A DNA stretch of 64,000 bases from Paramecium tetraurelia (taxonomy: Eukaryota), in contig CT868330.1 of NCBI GenBank assembly GCA_000165425.1, positions 62,001 through 126,000 of the forward strand, given 5' to 3'. Positions within the stretch are counted from its first letter, which is position 1. Every line of letters starts with the position of its first letter. The position numbers were made by a program, and so were the translations under genes. Below are positions 26,385 to 40,995 of the stretch, in pieces. The notes beneath the pieces are model-generated. The model saw only the letters and a program-made list of their open reading frames with translations. It was not told the origin of the DNA and made no database searches.

Positions 26385-27329
26385 TCAAAATTCTTTGCAA
26401 AACACTATCATTTTTATATAAATGAATATCGTAGCTATGCAGTGTTATTCCTTCTCCAATTTAAACTACATTATAATTAAATATCACATACAGCTCCATC
26501 AATTATTTGATACAAGGCATTCACTGATAAAATAGCCAATGCTATAGAAACAAATGCAATCATCCAACAAGCAATTTTTAAAATTTCATTTTACATAAAG
26601 AACATATAAATTAAACTTAGAAGCAATGGAAAAATACAAATAAATGGTAGTGAATCTATGTTCAAATAAATTTGTACATAATGCTGATTTTTTTTGTTTC
26701 AAAGTGGCAAAGTAAAATAGTGCCCCAGCATTTGATCCTTAAAATATATTTATCAAGGCAAGAATTATAAATCCAACGTTTTAATTGTCAGAATAATACG
26801 TGGAAGAGTACAACCCAGCCAATATAAATGACAGGAAAATCCCAAAAAAGACATATGCACTCTAAGCGTAAGGAGTTTTTCGAGCATTCTTCCTTGAAAT
26901 AGTAACTGAAAATAATATAAATATCTCTAAAGCCACACTAATATAAAATAGAAAAGAAAATTTCTATTCTTCTTTGTCGTATAGCAATTCCACAACAAAT
27001 GTCGTAAACATGCAAAAAACGCAAAGGAGCAATGGTCCCAATAAATGGAACTAAATCAAGCACAAAGTTCTCAAAATGAATTGTCTTTATTCTTAAAACG
27101 TGCGATTATTTATGAGATATGAATTTTCGCTCTGCTTCTTTAGCATTCCTAACTCATTATATTGTATACTTTCTTTCTATTGCTTTTATGATAAAATCAA
27201 AGCCGCGCCCAACTAAGAATTTTTTACATTCTAAAACAACTGATCCTCACATAGAGTTGATTGATTGGTTTCGAAATTTATATCTGAGTCTGAGTAGTTT
27301 AGGATTTGATCATCTTTTTCAACTTTCAT
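26385..27329 (-). CDS. Multi-pass membrane protein, divergent Bax-inhibitor-1/TMBIM-like (298 aa)
   Basis: RQFILRTLCLIQFHL, ARKTPY and QIIDGAFKLEKEQHCIATIFIYIKMI follow the TMBIM layout; about 7 hydrophobic segments; introns of 22 and 26 nt. Confidence 0.6.
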
Positions 27330-27418
27330 TTAATGTATATGATTAATGTTGATATCTTAATTATTCAAAATACGTAATATTTTATAGTTGTATAATATAA
27401 CAAAATTTATAATATCAA

Positions 27419-30400
27419 TCATTTTAATTCTTAAGTTAATGCTAACTATTTGAGGAATCTTTCAAATGACTCATCTCCTAATACAACCTATTGTGGAATC
27501 AAATAAACTATCCTCCTTAACAATGCATACTCCTTTGTTAACAGTCTTTTGAATATAAATAATATGATATATAAGAAAATTGCCAAATATACGATGAAAA
27601 TAATTGTAATTATGAGTGTGAATTAGTTTTATGCTGTTGTTATTTCTTTTAATCCTACCTGAAATTCATCTGAAATCCTAAAAAAGGATCTCAATACTAT
27701 TTAAGATCCTTCCAATTCATAAAGATTTACATCAACTCTTTTCGTAAAATTGTTAATAGCTTATTAACTTCTTATTTGATTTGACATAAAATTAAGAACA
27801 GCTATTGAACCAGATTTCAGTAAGCCATCAAAAGCTTTTTCACAATACAAAGACATAAAATCTATATAAATCTATCATTAATTATCAATTAAATTACTTA
27901 GTCAATGAATTCGCACAAATCATTAGTTTATTAGTACTTAAAGAAAGAGATAAATTGATCAGATACTAAATATTTATTCTCTTAAAACGAACTCGTAAAA
28001 TCCAAATATTGCTAAATATTTGCTTAAGCTTTATCTATTAATAAATACGCTCTGTATAAATCGTATTCTGTTAAGTAAGTAAAATTCTTGAATCTAAAAA
28101 GATGTTCCCTGTACATATACATGGACCCACTTCTAAATTTTAAATTTTATATCATGAAATAGAAATCTGCAGTATCATCATATTTATTGATGTAATCATT
28201 AGTCTTAATTTGTGTCACAATTATATAAACCTAAAATATACAAGCAATAAAGGTCCAAACAATTAAGAAATATCTTCTTGGAATTTAGAGCTAAGAGTTG
28301 TTTTCCACATTTTTCTTACTATTTGATATTTTATTTAAAGCGATGTAATTTTGCATCAATGATTCTTAATGCTAAAGATCAAATTCATAAGAGTAAACAC
28401 AATCCTGATTTGATATCAATACTTTTAACAATTAATTCAGCTTTTCAATTTCAAATTACACTTTCTATTTGTCCACAAAATTTAATAACTATAAAAATCT
28501 ATCATATAATTTGTAATATTAATGAAGCTGAAATGCAATTGTTAAGGCTATTATTAAGATTAAAATTGAAAAACAAATGCTGATCGAACTCCATTTTAAA
28601 CCAACCTGTACACTCCTTGTCTTTGAATACTGCAAAATATCATTGGTTATGTTTTCTAGTTTATCTTGTATGTTATAGTAATTAGAGAATAAAAACACCT
28701 GAAATGGTGCTCCAGAGGCACTCAACTTATTTTACAACACTCTCATTTATGCATATTGATATTATAATATGATGAACAAACATTCTCTAAAAGTCTTAAT
28801 TTCTAAAGCATAGTTTTAAGTATCATTATTCTTCATAAAAAGCAATTCCATGCTTTCTCCATCAAGAAAACCTCTCAAATATTCATTATCAAGTTGTTTA
28901 TATAAACTGTCCCTCAATTCATAATATCCATATCCTAAATTCTTTTCGTAAGGTGCAGTTAGATTTGGTACTATTGAATTCGGTATATAACCTTCTCTTC
29001 CCATTTACTGATATGCAGATATAGTATTTCTCATTGAAAAAAATAAGTCGTGCGGTCCTTAAATGCTAGCATGTAGAGCAATAATCTCAACATCTGATAT
29101 AAATTATAGTATATCATTGTTAAGAATAGAGACAACTAGCGATATAGAAATAGTTTAAATCAAGATAAAAATCACTATTGTACTAATTGCTAATTTTAGT
29201 ATTGAAGGTGTTTTTTCTTTTGTTAATCTACTCAACAATTCAAATTTCTTAATTACTTCACTATTACCAACCCCAAATTCAGTACTTTTCAAAGAGTCTC
29301 GAAAAAGTTTATCCATTATTTGTTCTCCTTTAATATTTTATTCCTTCTTATCATTGCTTCGATTCAACTTATTCAATTTTTAACTTGTGTTTACAGTATA
29401 ATAGTCTTACTGTAATGTTTATTAAATAAATTTATCTCTTTAATTTTCAATTAACTGACTTGTGCTTTTATTTGGCGAAAGGATTGATTAAAATTAATCT
29501 ACTTTCTACTCTACATATTCTTAATGAACCTCTTAAACTGCAAATAAATCAATATTTTTATTTTTATTTTTATTTTGAGTTATTTCTGAATACCCTTCTC
29601 TACTTTAAATTGAGATCTAATTGATTGTTCCTGGTTATGCCTCTTCTATAGACATTTCTAAGCGACTTATTTGAAAATTTTATGATTGCTCTGTTTTTCC
29701 CCTATCATCACTAAATCTATCTTAAGTTTTACTGCTATTTATATATTCATTTCTTTAAAATGATGAATCTAAATGTATTATGTAATAATAAAATCCATAA
29801 ATGTAATAGGATTAAATTGTGATATTTGTTAGATAGAACTTTGTAGTATTTTGCTTACCCCATAGTTTATTTAAAATTACTTATTATTATTTCACATTAG
29901 TGCAGTTCTCAACAGAAAATTCATTAAATAATACTTCTAAGTCTATGAAGTAAAAATCAACATTATTAAACTTAACAACCTTTGATTCATCTTCATTTTA
30001 GGTTAATTCATTAAAATTAGGTAAAATCTATGAAATCTTTAATTAATAAAATATCGAAAAATCGAAAATGTTATCAATCAATTATTAATTATATCCTAAT
30101 AATGAGAAAAATGCATTTGTAATACCCCCTACTATTTGATTTACATCAATCATAATGAAAGCCGATTGGATTACAATTTCTTGCAATAATCCAACCAAGA
30201 TAATTTTGTCTTGTTTTTGTTAAACAACATTATCAAAACTAAACACAATAGATTTAGCAAGGTTATTTTTTGTTCTAATAAATGTTTGACTAAACTACTT
30301 GTAATATTTCGATTATCCAATTTTAAAAAATCTAGAAATAAGGAGTGGATGCTCTCTCAAAATAAAAGGCAGCAAAAATTCTTCAAAAGTTAATTCTTCT

Positions 30401-32508
30401 TTAGAACTATACTCGATTAATTGAAGTAAATTTGATGAATATTTTATTAATTCAGCATTCTACAGATCATCATCTATTTTTAAAATAATATAGCTCATAT
30501 CATTTTAATTAAAATTAATATTTAGATTTTTATTAATGATTTATATCTATTCTTAAGATAGAGTTGATTAATTGTGCATTTTAAACGCGTCTAAGTAGTT
30601 TTTAAATACTTCAGCTTCATAAAAAATTTATAGTGATTGTAATCTCTTACTTTAAAGGATTTCATATTGGGATTATAAGGCTGTTTTAAATAAAATCATT
30701 TTATTTGTTATGTGCATTAATGATTTCATAAGTTCAGACATTTTCTTCTCCTTTATTAATACCATTAAATTCTCATAGTATTTAAGTTTCAATTTTAATA
30801 TTTTCTTAATTTCCTTGACATACTTATCTAACATCATTTCTTATTACATAAATATTTGTATTTGTTCAGATAAATTGTGCATTTCTGATGTCAAAGATGT
30901 ATTACCAAACAAGTATCTTAGGTTTTCTTTGATTTCATTTTAAATATACATTATTTTTGACAATGATATTTAATCAAAGCTGATTTAGTAGGGTATGGCT
31001 TGCTTGTAAGATTTGGCTTAATAGCTTTTTTTAATGTCATCAAGCTATTTATCAGGATCTGTTTACGTCTACGATGAGGAATCTTTTCTTATAGTGGCTG
31101 AAAAAGAATGAGGATTTTATAAACTCTAGTTGACACTTATCATTGAACTTTTAGAGGTTAATTTTCCATAGATTAACTAATTTAAATGCTTTATTGATTA
31201 AATAGGCCATCCATTATTAGCTAACAAGACTCCATACAAAACTGTATAATATTATATATCATCAATGTTGTTGACGTTTTAATTAAAAAGATATTTTCTA
31301 ATCTGTTTAAGTTTTTGATGAACGAAATCTCTATCTATATCTTGTGTGAGTGCTGCTGCATCTTTTGGATCTAGGTACATAATTGATTGATTACAAATGC
31401 ATTTTGTATTTTTACATTTTTTTTAATGATAATTATAAATGTATAGCTTGAATAATACTGGTTAGAACTAATTGTTTTACTTTTTTATTAAAAATTGGGT
31501 TATTGCAAAAACATCAACTTTTTATCTAGAAAATGCTAAGTGATCTAATTTTGTATTAATCAAATTATCAAACTTTTATACTATTTTTAGCAATAATGGA
31601 AATGAAAAGATTGTATATATTAAGACTTAAAAATCTTGTCTTTACACAATTTACTAGACCAGGGAATAAAAAATATAGACAATTGCAAAGGAATCGGATA
31701 AGTAAATTATAAATTTTTTACTGTTCTCTATGACTGTTTAATTTTCTTATAAATTAATTAGATTTATCAAAGTGCTTAATAAAATAAGTAAGTGAATTAT
31801 CCAAGAGATCACTTGAGAGGTTTTCATAACTGAAAATAATATGATGATGATCAAATTTAAAAATTAGATAATGTATTCCTTAACTGTGATTCTTAATCGA
31901 TCAAAACAAATGACCTTGCCATCTATTGACTACTCACAGATTAATAAATTAAAAATTGCTTCTAATTACAGTAATATAAAACAAAGAATTCCAAATAATA
32001 AATGAATATAATTAAGGCTGTTTACATCTAATTAATTATATTAATGAGTTAAAAATAAACAAGTTAAAGTTGTAAGCAAGATGTGAAGCCATCCATAATA
32101 TAATTAAATATAAACTCCCACTATTTTATTTAAATATAGATATCTAGTTTTATTTTTCAAGTCCCATAACAAAAAGCCACAAACCAGCTTTTCAATAATT
32201 AGAACACTCAGTATCAAATATATAACAAACCTGTTGATAACTTCAAATGTTTACAAGAATATATCTATTCGAAATATTAAAAGTAAGACTTTGTTAAACA
32301 TATATAAATTTTTTTCTACCTACCACTCATAATTAAGGTAAAATAAAAAGAATGTCAACTAAAATTTACACATAAAGAGTAGGATCAATTAAACAGTTGA
32401 GTTTAATGTTACGCTTTTTTAAGATTGCAATGTAATCTATATCATTTTGTTAAATATTTCTGTCAGACCAATATATTTCTTGTTTGATTTTTCAAATTCT
32501 TTTTTCAT
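27419..32508 (-). CDS. Large multi-pass membrane protein with PAS-like region (TmcB-like ciliate family)
   Basis: N-terminal TM cluster, HQKKCKNTKCIC motif, PAS-like LPFILREHPLLISRFFKIG, C-terminal TMs ending LLRRIVYLIPQQVVLGDESFERFL. Confidence 0.72.
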
Positions 32509-33060
32509 TTTGATTATTGATAATTAATTATAATTAAAATTGACAAGTTGATATTAAGATAAGAATAAAAGATAATACATTCATTTAATATTAAATCTGA
32601 TTTGGTATTAGAATAATAATAATTTAATTAGAGAAACATTATATTACTGCCACTAAATCATCATTTATTAAAGTCTTATTATTTAATTTCATAATTTTCT
32701 GTGAAGTTATAAAATTCTCACTCTATATTATAATGTTTTCTAATTATTTAATGAGAAAGAACAAATATAACCTATAAATTATTATTGAGAAATTTATTTT
32801 TCTGCGTAATAACCCTTATCTTTACCTTAAACCTATTTCCAATTATTGAATTATTGGTACTTTAAGCTATTAAGAACAATTTTTAGAATTTAGACCTAAG
32901 AATTTTTTTCAGCATTTTTAGATTAGGTTATATATTTAATTCAACCAACCTTTTATTGAAGAATTTCAACCTATTTTTAGTGTAGATTACTATGTAAATA
33001 GATGAAAATATGTATATATTTAAATTTATATTAGATATATTAAAAATACAATAATAATTA

Positions 33061-34480
33061 TCATCTTTTTAACGGAATATTGTTTCTTTTCTTTATAATG
33101 TTGGCATTAATGTTCTCATCATTATTTTTAATATAAGGGTTTGACTTTCTAACTAAAGGACTTGGATTTCGATTCTATTTTTAATCGACGCTTTTTCTAA
33201 CTGAACAAGGACTTTGAGCTCTCATAGCTGAAACTGGTCTTTCTTTTGGTCTATGCGATTGAGGTTCTTTCAAAATTTTGGCAGCCTACTATTGCTTAAC
33301 AGGTGCTAATGGGATTTTCTAAGAAAAGAGATAAATTATTACAGGTCTTGGTATGTGTTAATTAGAAACAACATTGGGTTGTTTTTTTTAACATTAAGGT
33401 GTCTAACTCTTTGGTCTTTCAGTATATTTTTATTCATTTACAGAAACTGACCTTGTAGATTTAGGTTAATTAGGTAATTATTGGACGGGTTAATCAATTT
33501 CATACATAGGTTTAGGTAATTTTTGTTATAACTATTTTAAGTTTTTGGGCAACAAAATTGTTTATAACAATTGTGCTTTGGCTAGTTATTATTATTATGG
33601 GGATTATGGTTCGAATTCATCAATGTATTTCTTAACAGTAGGATCATTTATGATTTGATCACAAGTGGGTCTCAATTATGGAGGCACTTTTAAAAGAGAA
33701 GCAATCATGAAGTTTAATTCTGAAGAATATTGTTTAGGTATTTTTTCATAAATGCCAGTTGAAATTTTTCTAAACAATCCTTTGAGATCGGTTGCTCTAA
33801 AGGGTGGTTTAAGAGTTGCCATCTCATAAATCACACATCCAAGAGACCATATATCTGATGGGTTGGAATATGGTTAATCTCTCCAGACTTCTGGACTGGC
33901 ATAGTCTTGAATAAATTCAATAAAATTACATGGAGTTCCTGTTTATGTCTTTGCCATGGCTCCATGTGATACTTTACTCACATTCATGTCTCCCAATTTG
34001 TAGGTGCCATTGGATGATTTAAAAACATTGGCACTTTTTAAATCTCTGTGCAAGATTCCTGCTTTGTGTAACACTTTCAACCCTCTTGTCATGTGGATTA
34101 GGGCTCTCCATATTTCTTTTTCTTCAATTAGGGTGTGTTTGCGAATTGAATTTTGGATTTATTTAGCAATGTCTCCTCCAGATGCGTATTCCATGATAAC
34201 ACACAAGCAATTTGATTGTTCATCAAAAAAGGCTTCTTTGTATCCTATAATGTTCTGATCTTAGATTGAAGCGAGGATTCTTATTTCGTTTAATGCATTT
34301 TCCCTCTCTCTTAATTTTAGATTGCCCATTCGGACTTTTTTCATGGCATATTCTTAATTATCACTATTTCGTTTAACCAAAACATATAAATATCATAAAT
34401 ACTTTGTACACCTATCCAAAGGAGCCTTCACCTAATTTTTATAAAATAGTAAAATCTGTTAAAGTTGTTTATTTTTACAT
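33061..34480 (-). CDS. NIMA-related (NEK) Ser/Thr kinase
   Basis: LGEGSFGQVYKV, ENALNEIRILAS, LHRDLKSANVF, KLGDMNVSKV (DFG replaced by DMN, as in the FA2/CNK2-type group), TQTGTPYYASPEVW. Confidence 0.94.
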
Positions 34481-34536
34481 AATTTAAATAATAATATATA
34501 TGAATTAAATTATATTGTTAAAAAATAAAAAGTCTA

Positions 34537-36592
34537 ATGCTTGATAATATTATGATGGCAATTGGATGGGCTGGATCATAACAGATTATTGCCATATCAC
34601 TATTGAGATATCTTATTTTGGTTAATAGCAAAGCACTTTATTTATCCTAATTTTTAATTCGATTGGCTTGCATCCTACTATTTTTGATAGTGTTCCTGAA
34701 GTAAATAGTTATGTAATTCCAAGTAAAATATTCCGTTTGCAGCACCCTCGATTGAATACTCCACATTAATTGGGCAGACCTTTCAGATTTTCATTTTCTT
34801 TGGTTTTCTTTTGTAGTCTCATGGAATTTGTTTCAATAGCAATGGCAGTTCATTCAGTAAGTTCTATTGCCTAATAACTAGTTGAAATATTATAGTATCG
34901 TTCACTTTGCAGCTCTCTTCACTATTTTTAAATCCTTCTTTAGGAGTTGGATCAATAATGTGACTCCAATCACAGCTTTGGCCTCCTATCTACTGATGGG
35001 TTTGGGTTATTTATTGGAGGATTGGATATATTTTATTCATGGGGCTTCATTTGATAAAAGATTCCTCGGAATAAATGAAAAATTTGAATGGAAGCCATTA
35101 GTCATGGTTATAGCTGCAGCAGCCAGTCGAACTCTTGGAATTCAAATATTCAAACACATTCAATTTTAATAGTTATTTAAAAACAAAGGTTTAGTGGATA
35201 AGATATCCTGGGCCAACTATATAAACGACGAACCTGAAAAGATTTAGAACAGTCTAGCTGCTGTGAATGCTCTCTTTAGTCGATATTTGGAAGCACAATT
35301 GATCGTACATTGCGAATAAAACTCAATACCGATTCACTAGTTAAAAAGTGATGCTATTTTGGAACTCCTAAATAGTTACTTCGATAATCATTTATCCTAT
35401 AGTTATTAATATATGGAATAGTTTCATATCTTCAATTTCAACAAAGAAGCCCTTGATGACATAGATGCTTATGCAGAAAAAGATACTTTATTAAGGAAAA
35501 TGATTAAGCAAAGGATCTTTACTATTCAACTGTAACATCAATAATTTAAAGAGTTATTTGGGATTGACAAATATTAAAATCTTTCATTTGAAGTCATTTT
35601 TCAAGACTATGGCATTCATGAGTACATTTGGGATGAAGAAACTCCATTTATTTCATTGAGTATGTAATTTTTTCAAGGAATCTTTTGTCTCATAGCAGCA
35701 TATTTTAATGAAGAATAATTGTCTGATTATTTTTCACAGGGCTATGATATTGGACTCACTTTGACTAAAATAGAATATTATGTGTGGATTGCTGTTTTTT
35801 TGGGAATTTTATAATTGGGAAAGATAGGGTAATGTTTAGCATTAAATTACTTAGGGCCTATAAATTAATAATCTTATGGGAAGTATAAACATACTTTTTT
35901 AGTGGTATATTCCTAGAACTTGGTATCATTTATTTAACTATGATTTGGATTGAAAACATAACCTATATAAAAGTGCTTGGTCTTATTATTTCATATATAG
36001 TAATGTCAATAAGTTATCGATCAGCTGAAAAAGTCAGAGATTAAAGTAATCTTTTGTTATTTAAATAGAAAATAAACTATTTTATTTAAATTTTGTTATT
36101 TTCTTAGTAAAAACACAAAAATTTACAAATAGAGAAGGCAGCCATATCATTTAATTGATGACATAATGCTGTGAACATTTGAGCTTAAATGAATTCTTGA
36201 AAGTATTATCCCAGATGCTGTGTATACATGGAATAGTGAGTTGTGAATAACTAAGACACATGAAATTTAGTCATTTTGGAGAGAGTCCCCTATTCAAATT
36301 CTAAATCCCTTTCATCTTTCAATCTTAATTGCGTTATGAAAATAACATTGAAAATGATACTTTGATTTAAGAAGAGGGTGAAATAGAATAGATGCAAAAG
36401 TCTTAATTTACTCGTTATGTTATTGAAAGCAAATATTAAGAAAACAAATCAGATATAAAATAGGGAAAAAATGTTGGCAATTCAAGGATATAAGTCAAAT
36501 CTGAAATACAACCTTAATATTCTAAAATCATGTCAGATCGAAAATTATCAGCATCAGCGTAAAAGTCCAAAAGACAATCGATATTAAATTGA
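34537..36592 (+). CDS. Hypothetical multi-pass membrane protein, possibly DMT/SLC35-like with a large soluble insert
   Basis: Continuous code-6 frame after removal of ~4 tiny introns. Two TM clusters are separated by a long hydrophilic loop, followed by a soluble C-tail. Confidence 0.6.
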
Positions 36593-36940
36593 AATTAAAT
36601 TTATGAGTATTGCATATTTTAAGGAATATCATTATTGCATACTTTCACATTTTTGATAAATTATTATCAATAAAACCCTAATTAGATATATAATTCTATT
36701 AATTATGCGAATATTTATTTAATTATTTCCTCTATTTTCACAGATGTTCTACAAAAATCAGCATATTTTGCAGCTTATCATTTTATGCTTTTATCGCCTA
36801 AGCAACTGCATTTATTTAAGTTATAGATTTATTATTAATTTTATAATTTATTATTATATTTTATAATTTATTATTTAAAATTTTATATTAAATTGTATCT
36901 TAGAATATATTATAATAAAGATAGTAAGTTCAAAAATAAA

Positions 36941-38035
36941 TCATTAACCAACAGATGCTTCTTCATTTATTTTGAGTAATTCATCTTCTACATTATTAAA
37001 GTATAATTAAATTTAATGCTTCATGTTTCTAAGTTTTTTAAGTTTATCTGAATCTATGTTGTTTTCCATCTACTTTATCATATTTTATTTTATAATATCG
37101 ATCAACTTAAGATCTTCTGTTACTTTTTAGATAGACTTCTCACTGCTCTCTCTATTAATAACAGGAATTTATTAAAGATCTTGAAAACTATTTGTTAATT
37201 TATCTTTTGCAGTTTAAACCCTTTGTAGAAATCTACAGAGATATGTATACTCAAAAATTACCTTTGCATTTCTTCTATTTCCATTTGAATATTGTTAATT
37301 TCTTCTTCTACATGCTCTTGATAAAACTATTCAAACGACTTTTTTTATTCTTGTTTATTTTGATTATGGCTTACATCCACTTTTTCTTAAGTTATCATAT
37401 AATCTTTAAAACATTTCGATGATTATAAGCTCTGTTCTTATTCATAATCCTTTGAATAATTTTGCAAATTATTAAAGTAGTTCTCTCCTTGCCTTCTGCC
37501 ACCAATGTGATCATTTCCAAAATTAGAAGTGTCATAACTGAATTGATTTATTTATTGTGATTCTTATTAAGACTAAGATAGCTTAAACATGTCTTCTATA
37601 GTGCTTGTTCCAAAATGTTATTTGGAATCTCTGTTGATTAATAGAGTTTAGCCTGAATTTTAATTGATATGCTGTTACTGTTCTTTTTGGACCAGCATTT
37701 TTTCGTATTTATTAATAAACTCCCTAACATTGTCTTAATTTAATTCTTATTGCTAGGATTAAAAAGTCATTTAATTGCATTTAGTTTAAACTTCGTCGGT
37801 CAAAGATTCACTAGTAGGGTAGTTGCCATGTTTGAGCTTATTATCTATACCCTAAATCTGCATTCTATAATAATTCGATTATCTTTCTGATTATGCAGAC
37901 AAAACCATTTCTAACTTAAATCTAAAACCTAATTCTTACTTTAATTTGTTCAATCCAACTTAAATATTTTTTTAATTCAACTTTTGCTTCTTTGTATCGT
38001 CTTAGTATATTTAATATTTCCTTATCACTTTTCAT
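36941..38035 (-). CDS. Hypothetical coiled-coil protein
   Basis: MKSDKEILNILRRYKEAKVELKKYLSWIEQIK/LEMV...NEEASVGQ*, with an intron near 37915-37940. Confidence 0.65.
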
Positions 38036-38059
38036 TAACGAATTTTATTAAATTTAATA

Positions 38060-39068
38060 ATGGACGCAGTATTAAATGGCGCAATAGCTGAAGCAACTAC
38101 AGTTGTTATTACAATCCCACTTGATTTAGCAAAAACATGATTGTAAGCTTAGGGAGAACTTGTTGCTGAATGTTACTATAAGAAAGCTTACTCTGGAGCG
38201 ATACAAAAAATTAAAATCTTTTCATATAATTTTATGATGTTGATATATTCTATATACATAGTTAAAATGAAGTGTTTATCTACTTTAAATACATTAATAA
38301 AGAGAACTTCATCTGAAAGGGTCTAAGCAGTCTAAAAAGGACTGTTAGCTGCTATAGTATTTTAAATTATAATGAAAATGGATTAAGATTTGGAACCTAT
38401 GAGATTGTAAGGGATATTGTAAATTAGTAATTCCATTTTGATAATTCTCATAGATATGTAAAGGTATTATCAAATAATGTAGTGCGTAAGTGATCTAATA
38501 TTTAAATTACGTTTTGTGTCCCGTCCATTTAACATGATAAAAACTAGATTAATGCTTATCATTATTCAGGTAAAATTGAGGCCATTTCATAAATTTTCAA
38601 AATCGAAGGGCATATTAAATTTGATAGAATAATAGATTAAAAGGGGTTTATGCTGGATCATCAATTATTGCATTCAGAACTGGGTTAGGGTCTGCAATTT
38701 GATTGCCTGCTTTTGATTTCAGAAAAGAACATGGAAAATAAGGATAAAAAACTAAACTAAATTAAATATGTTAACTAGTGCTAATGCAACTTAGTAGTTA
38801 TGTTTATTGACATGTTCTGTGGAAGTTGCCTTGACTAGATATTTTAATTATTTATTTAATAATGTAATAATAGAATATAAATTTAATTAGCGTGGAATCT
38901 ACAGTTTATACAGGTTGTTTCCATGCTATTAAAATAATCTTTAGTCAGAAGGCTTCTTAGGATTGTACAAAGGACTAGGATGGTTGTATTTAGATCAGGT
39001 CCTTAATCGTTTATCTCATTATTGTTTTTGAATCAATTAAATAGTCTAAGGAATTAAAAAAATAATGA
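38060..39068 (+). pseudogene. Mitochondrial carrier pseudogene, OAC1/SLC25A34-35-like
   Basis: PLDLAKT*LQAQGEL (TGA 38138-38140 replaces the signature Arg), QKGL...NGLRFGTYE (frameshift), PFNMIKTRL, RTGLGSAI*LP (TGA 38700-38702), EGFLGLYKG. Confidence 0.88.
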
Positions 39069-39122
39069 ATATCTTATCTTTATAAAATTCGGTATATTTT
39101 GATTTGACAACAAACAATGTAA

Positions 39123-40270
39123 TCATAAATCCTTAATGAATCTAAAATTCTCAGGTTCTTTTAAAGCTCTCAATAAATTTTGTCTATACTTAAGATGCCA
39201 TATAGTATTAGATATTCTAGAGTTATAAACATAAGCTACTGACTGATTCTTTAGAAAGTATTAACTAATATAATTAAGGACAACAAATACCTTATAATTC
39301 GAAAGACTTTGTTAAACTCGGAAGACTTGCCCCCATCAATCCATAGATCTCTTAACTATTTTATATTCGTCATTTAATTTTTTTTATTTTTCAGCAAAAC
39401 CAGAAAGTCTTCATACTACTTAGATGAGAAGAATTATTTAAGTAAATCTGGATTATTCATGATATATGAGATTATTGCTTTTGAAAAATTCTTAGTAATG
39501 TTTTTGGTATCATTTATTTTCTTTTCTTTTTTTTTCCTTATTACTTTGAAGGATTCAGAACTATCAATTGACATGAGTTTTTTACTATGTTTTTTCATCT
39601 TATGTGGTTAAGGGAGTTCATTCCAACTGCTTTCTTCCTATTTTATAACCTCACTTTGACAAGATTCCTCTAAATTCAGAAATTTTATTTCTTCCTTTTT
39701 GAAATGTAAATCTTATTTTATTGCTTTAGGCTTTAAAATGTTTGATTGTTTGCAGAATTAGTTGGATTGACATGTGTTGTTATAGATACTTGATATATTT
39801 TGTTATTATTCAAGGTTTAATTGCAACAGCTGCTTTTCCTTTTAATTTATGTTCAAGAATGGACAAAATGAACCATTAGGCGATTGGCTAATTAATGTGC
39901 CAAGTTAATTCAAGTATTGCTGTTAAGCTGGGGATAAGAGAAGAGGTCTTTAAAGCAATTTGCTATCAAGAGAATTTGATATAAGTAGTTCTAAATATTT
40001 GTGACTATCCTACGATAATTCGATTCCTCCATCTTAAGATAATTTCGAGGCTACCTTTGAATTTTATTGGGATTGAATCATTTTTTAGATAGTTGGGATA
40101 TCACTTGTAATGAATTAGATTGCGTCTCCTTGTGTGTCTGGAACTTTAGATTCAACAACACAAGATTAAACAGGATCAAACGAAGCATCCGATTTTAAAT
40201 TTTATGATTTTCGAACCAGAGAATTATAAGGGAGAAAAGATTTCCCATATTTTTTAATGCATTCTGCCAT
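39123..40270 (-). CDS. Ciliate-type hypothetical protein with KNITKNFSKAIISY motif (possible DNA-binding family)
   Basis: Long code-6 ORF with a Lys-rich NLS-like stretch, then DTKNITKNFSKAIISYI...NSRISNTIWHLKYR...FRFIKDL*. Confidence 0.75.
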
Positions 40271-40995
40271 ATTTAATTATTTTATGATATATTGATAGCA
40301 TGTAAATTAATTAAAAAACTAACTACATATTAGCATCATTTAAGATACTTATTCGTCCTCTTAAATCTAATTAAAACATATTTAAAGTGCTTTGAATCAT
40401 TTGATATTAAACAAATTGTTTTTTTATTATTCTTTTATAATGATGAATCTTTCAAACAGCAATATTTGCTTCTATATTTCTATCAAAATATTTATTCACA
40501 ACCCCACTTACTTTGGAGTTAGCAGAGAAATCTGTAAACTAAGTGTAACCAATTTGTATTTAATAATAAATAATATATCAAACATATTCATACATCTAAA
40601 ATGGGATATATCGCAGTTAAACTACTTGTATTTACAGTTTTGATGCTTGTATATTTTTCATTTAAAACCATTCATAGGCTTTCAAAGTCATTTAGTTTTA
40701 TCTCTTACTTATTAGAGACAGAATGATTTCAATTAATAGAAAATTGCCTAACATATATAGTGTGGCTCTTAGTATATTTTTATGAGAAATCTGGCTATCT
40801 TTTTTGATCATCTTGAATTCAACGCCTTTTAGTTGATATTCTTTAATTTATTTATTTTAGAGGATAGCACTTAATTGTTTGGATATTTATAGAAAAGATT
40901 CATATTGCAGTAGTTATTTTTAATTGTTATTTGATTCAACTAATATCTTTAGTATATATTAAATTATTGAAAATTATCGTTATATTTAATTTTGA

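Noticed and set aside
33608..33620. GGTTCGAATTC, tRNA T-loop-like
   Set aside because: It lies inside the NEK coding sequence with no cloverleaf context.
36830..36890. Short duplicated TTTTATAATTTATTATT repeat
   Set aside because: Low-complexity AT sequence, not a CRISPR array or element.
38138..38140. TGA as selenocysteine or Trp readthrough
   Set aside because: It occupies an Arg position and is accompanied by frameshifts and a second TGA. Pseudogenisation is simpler.
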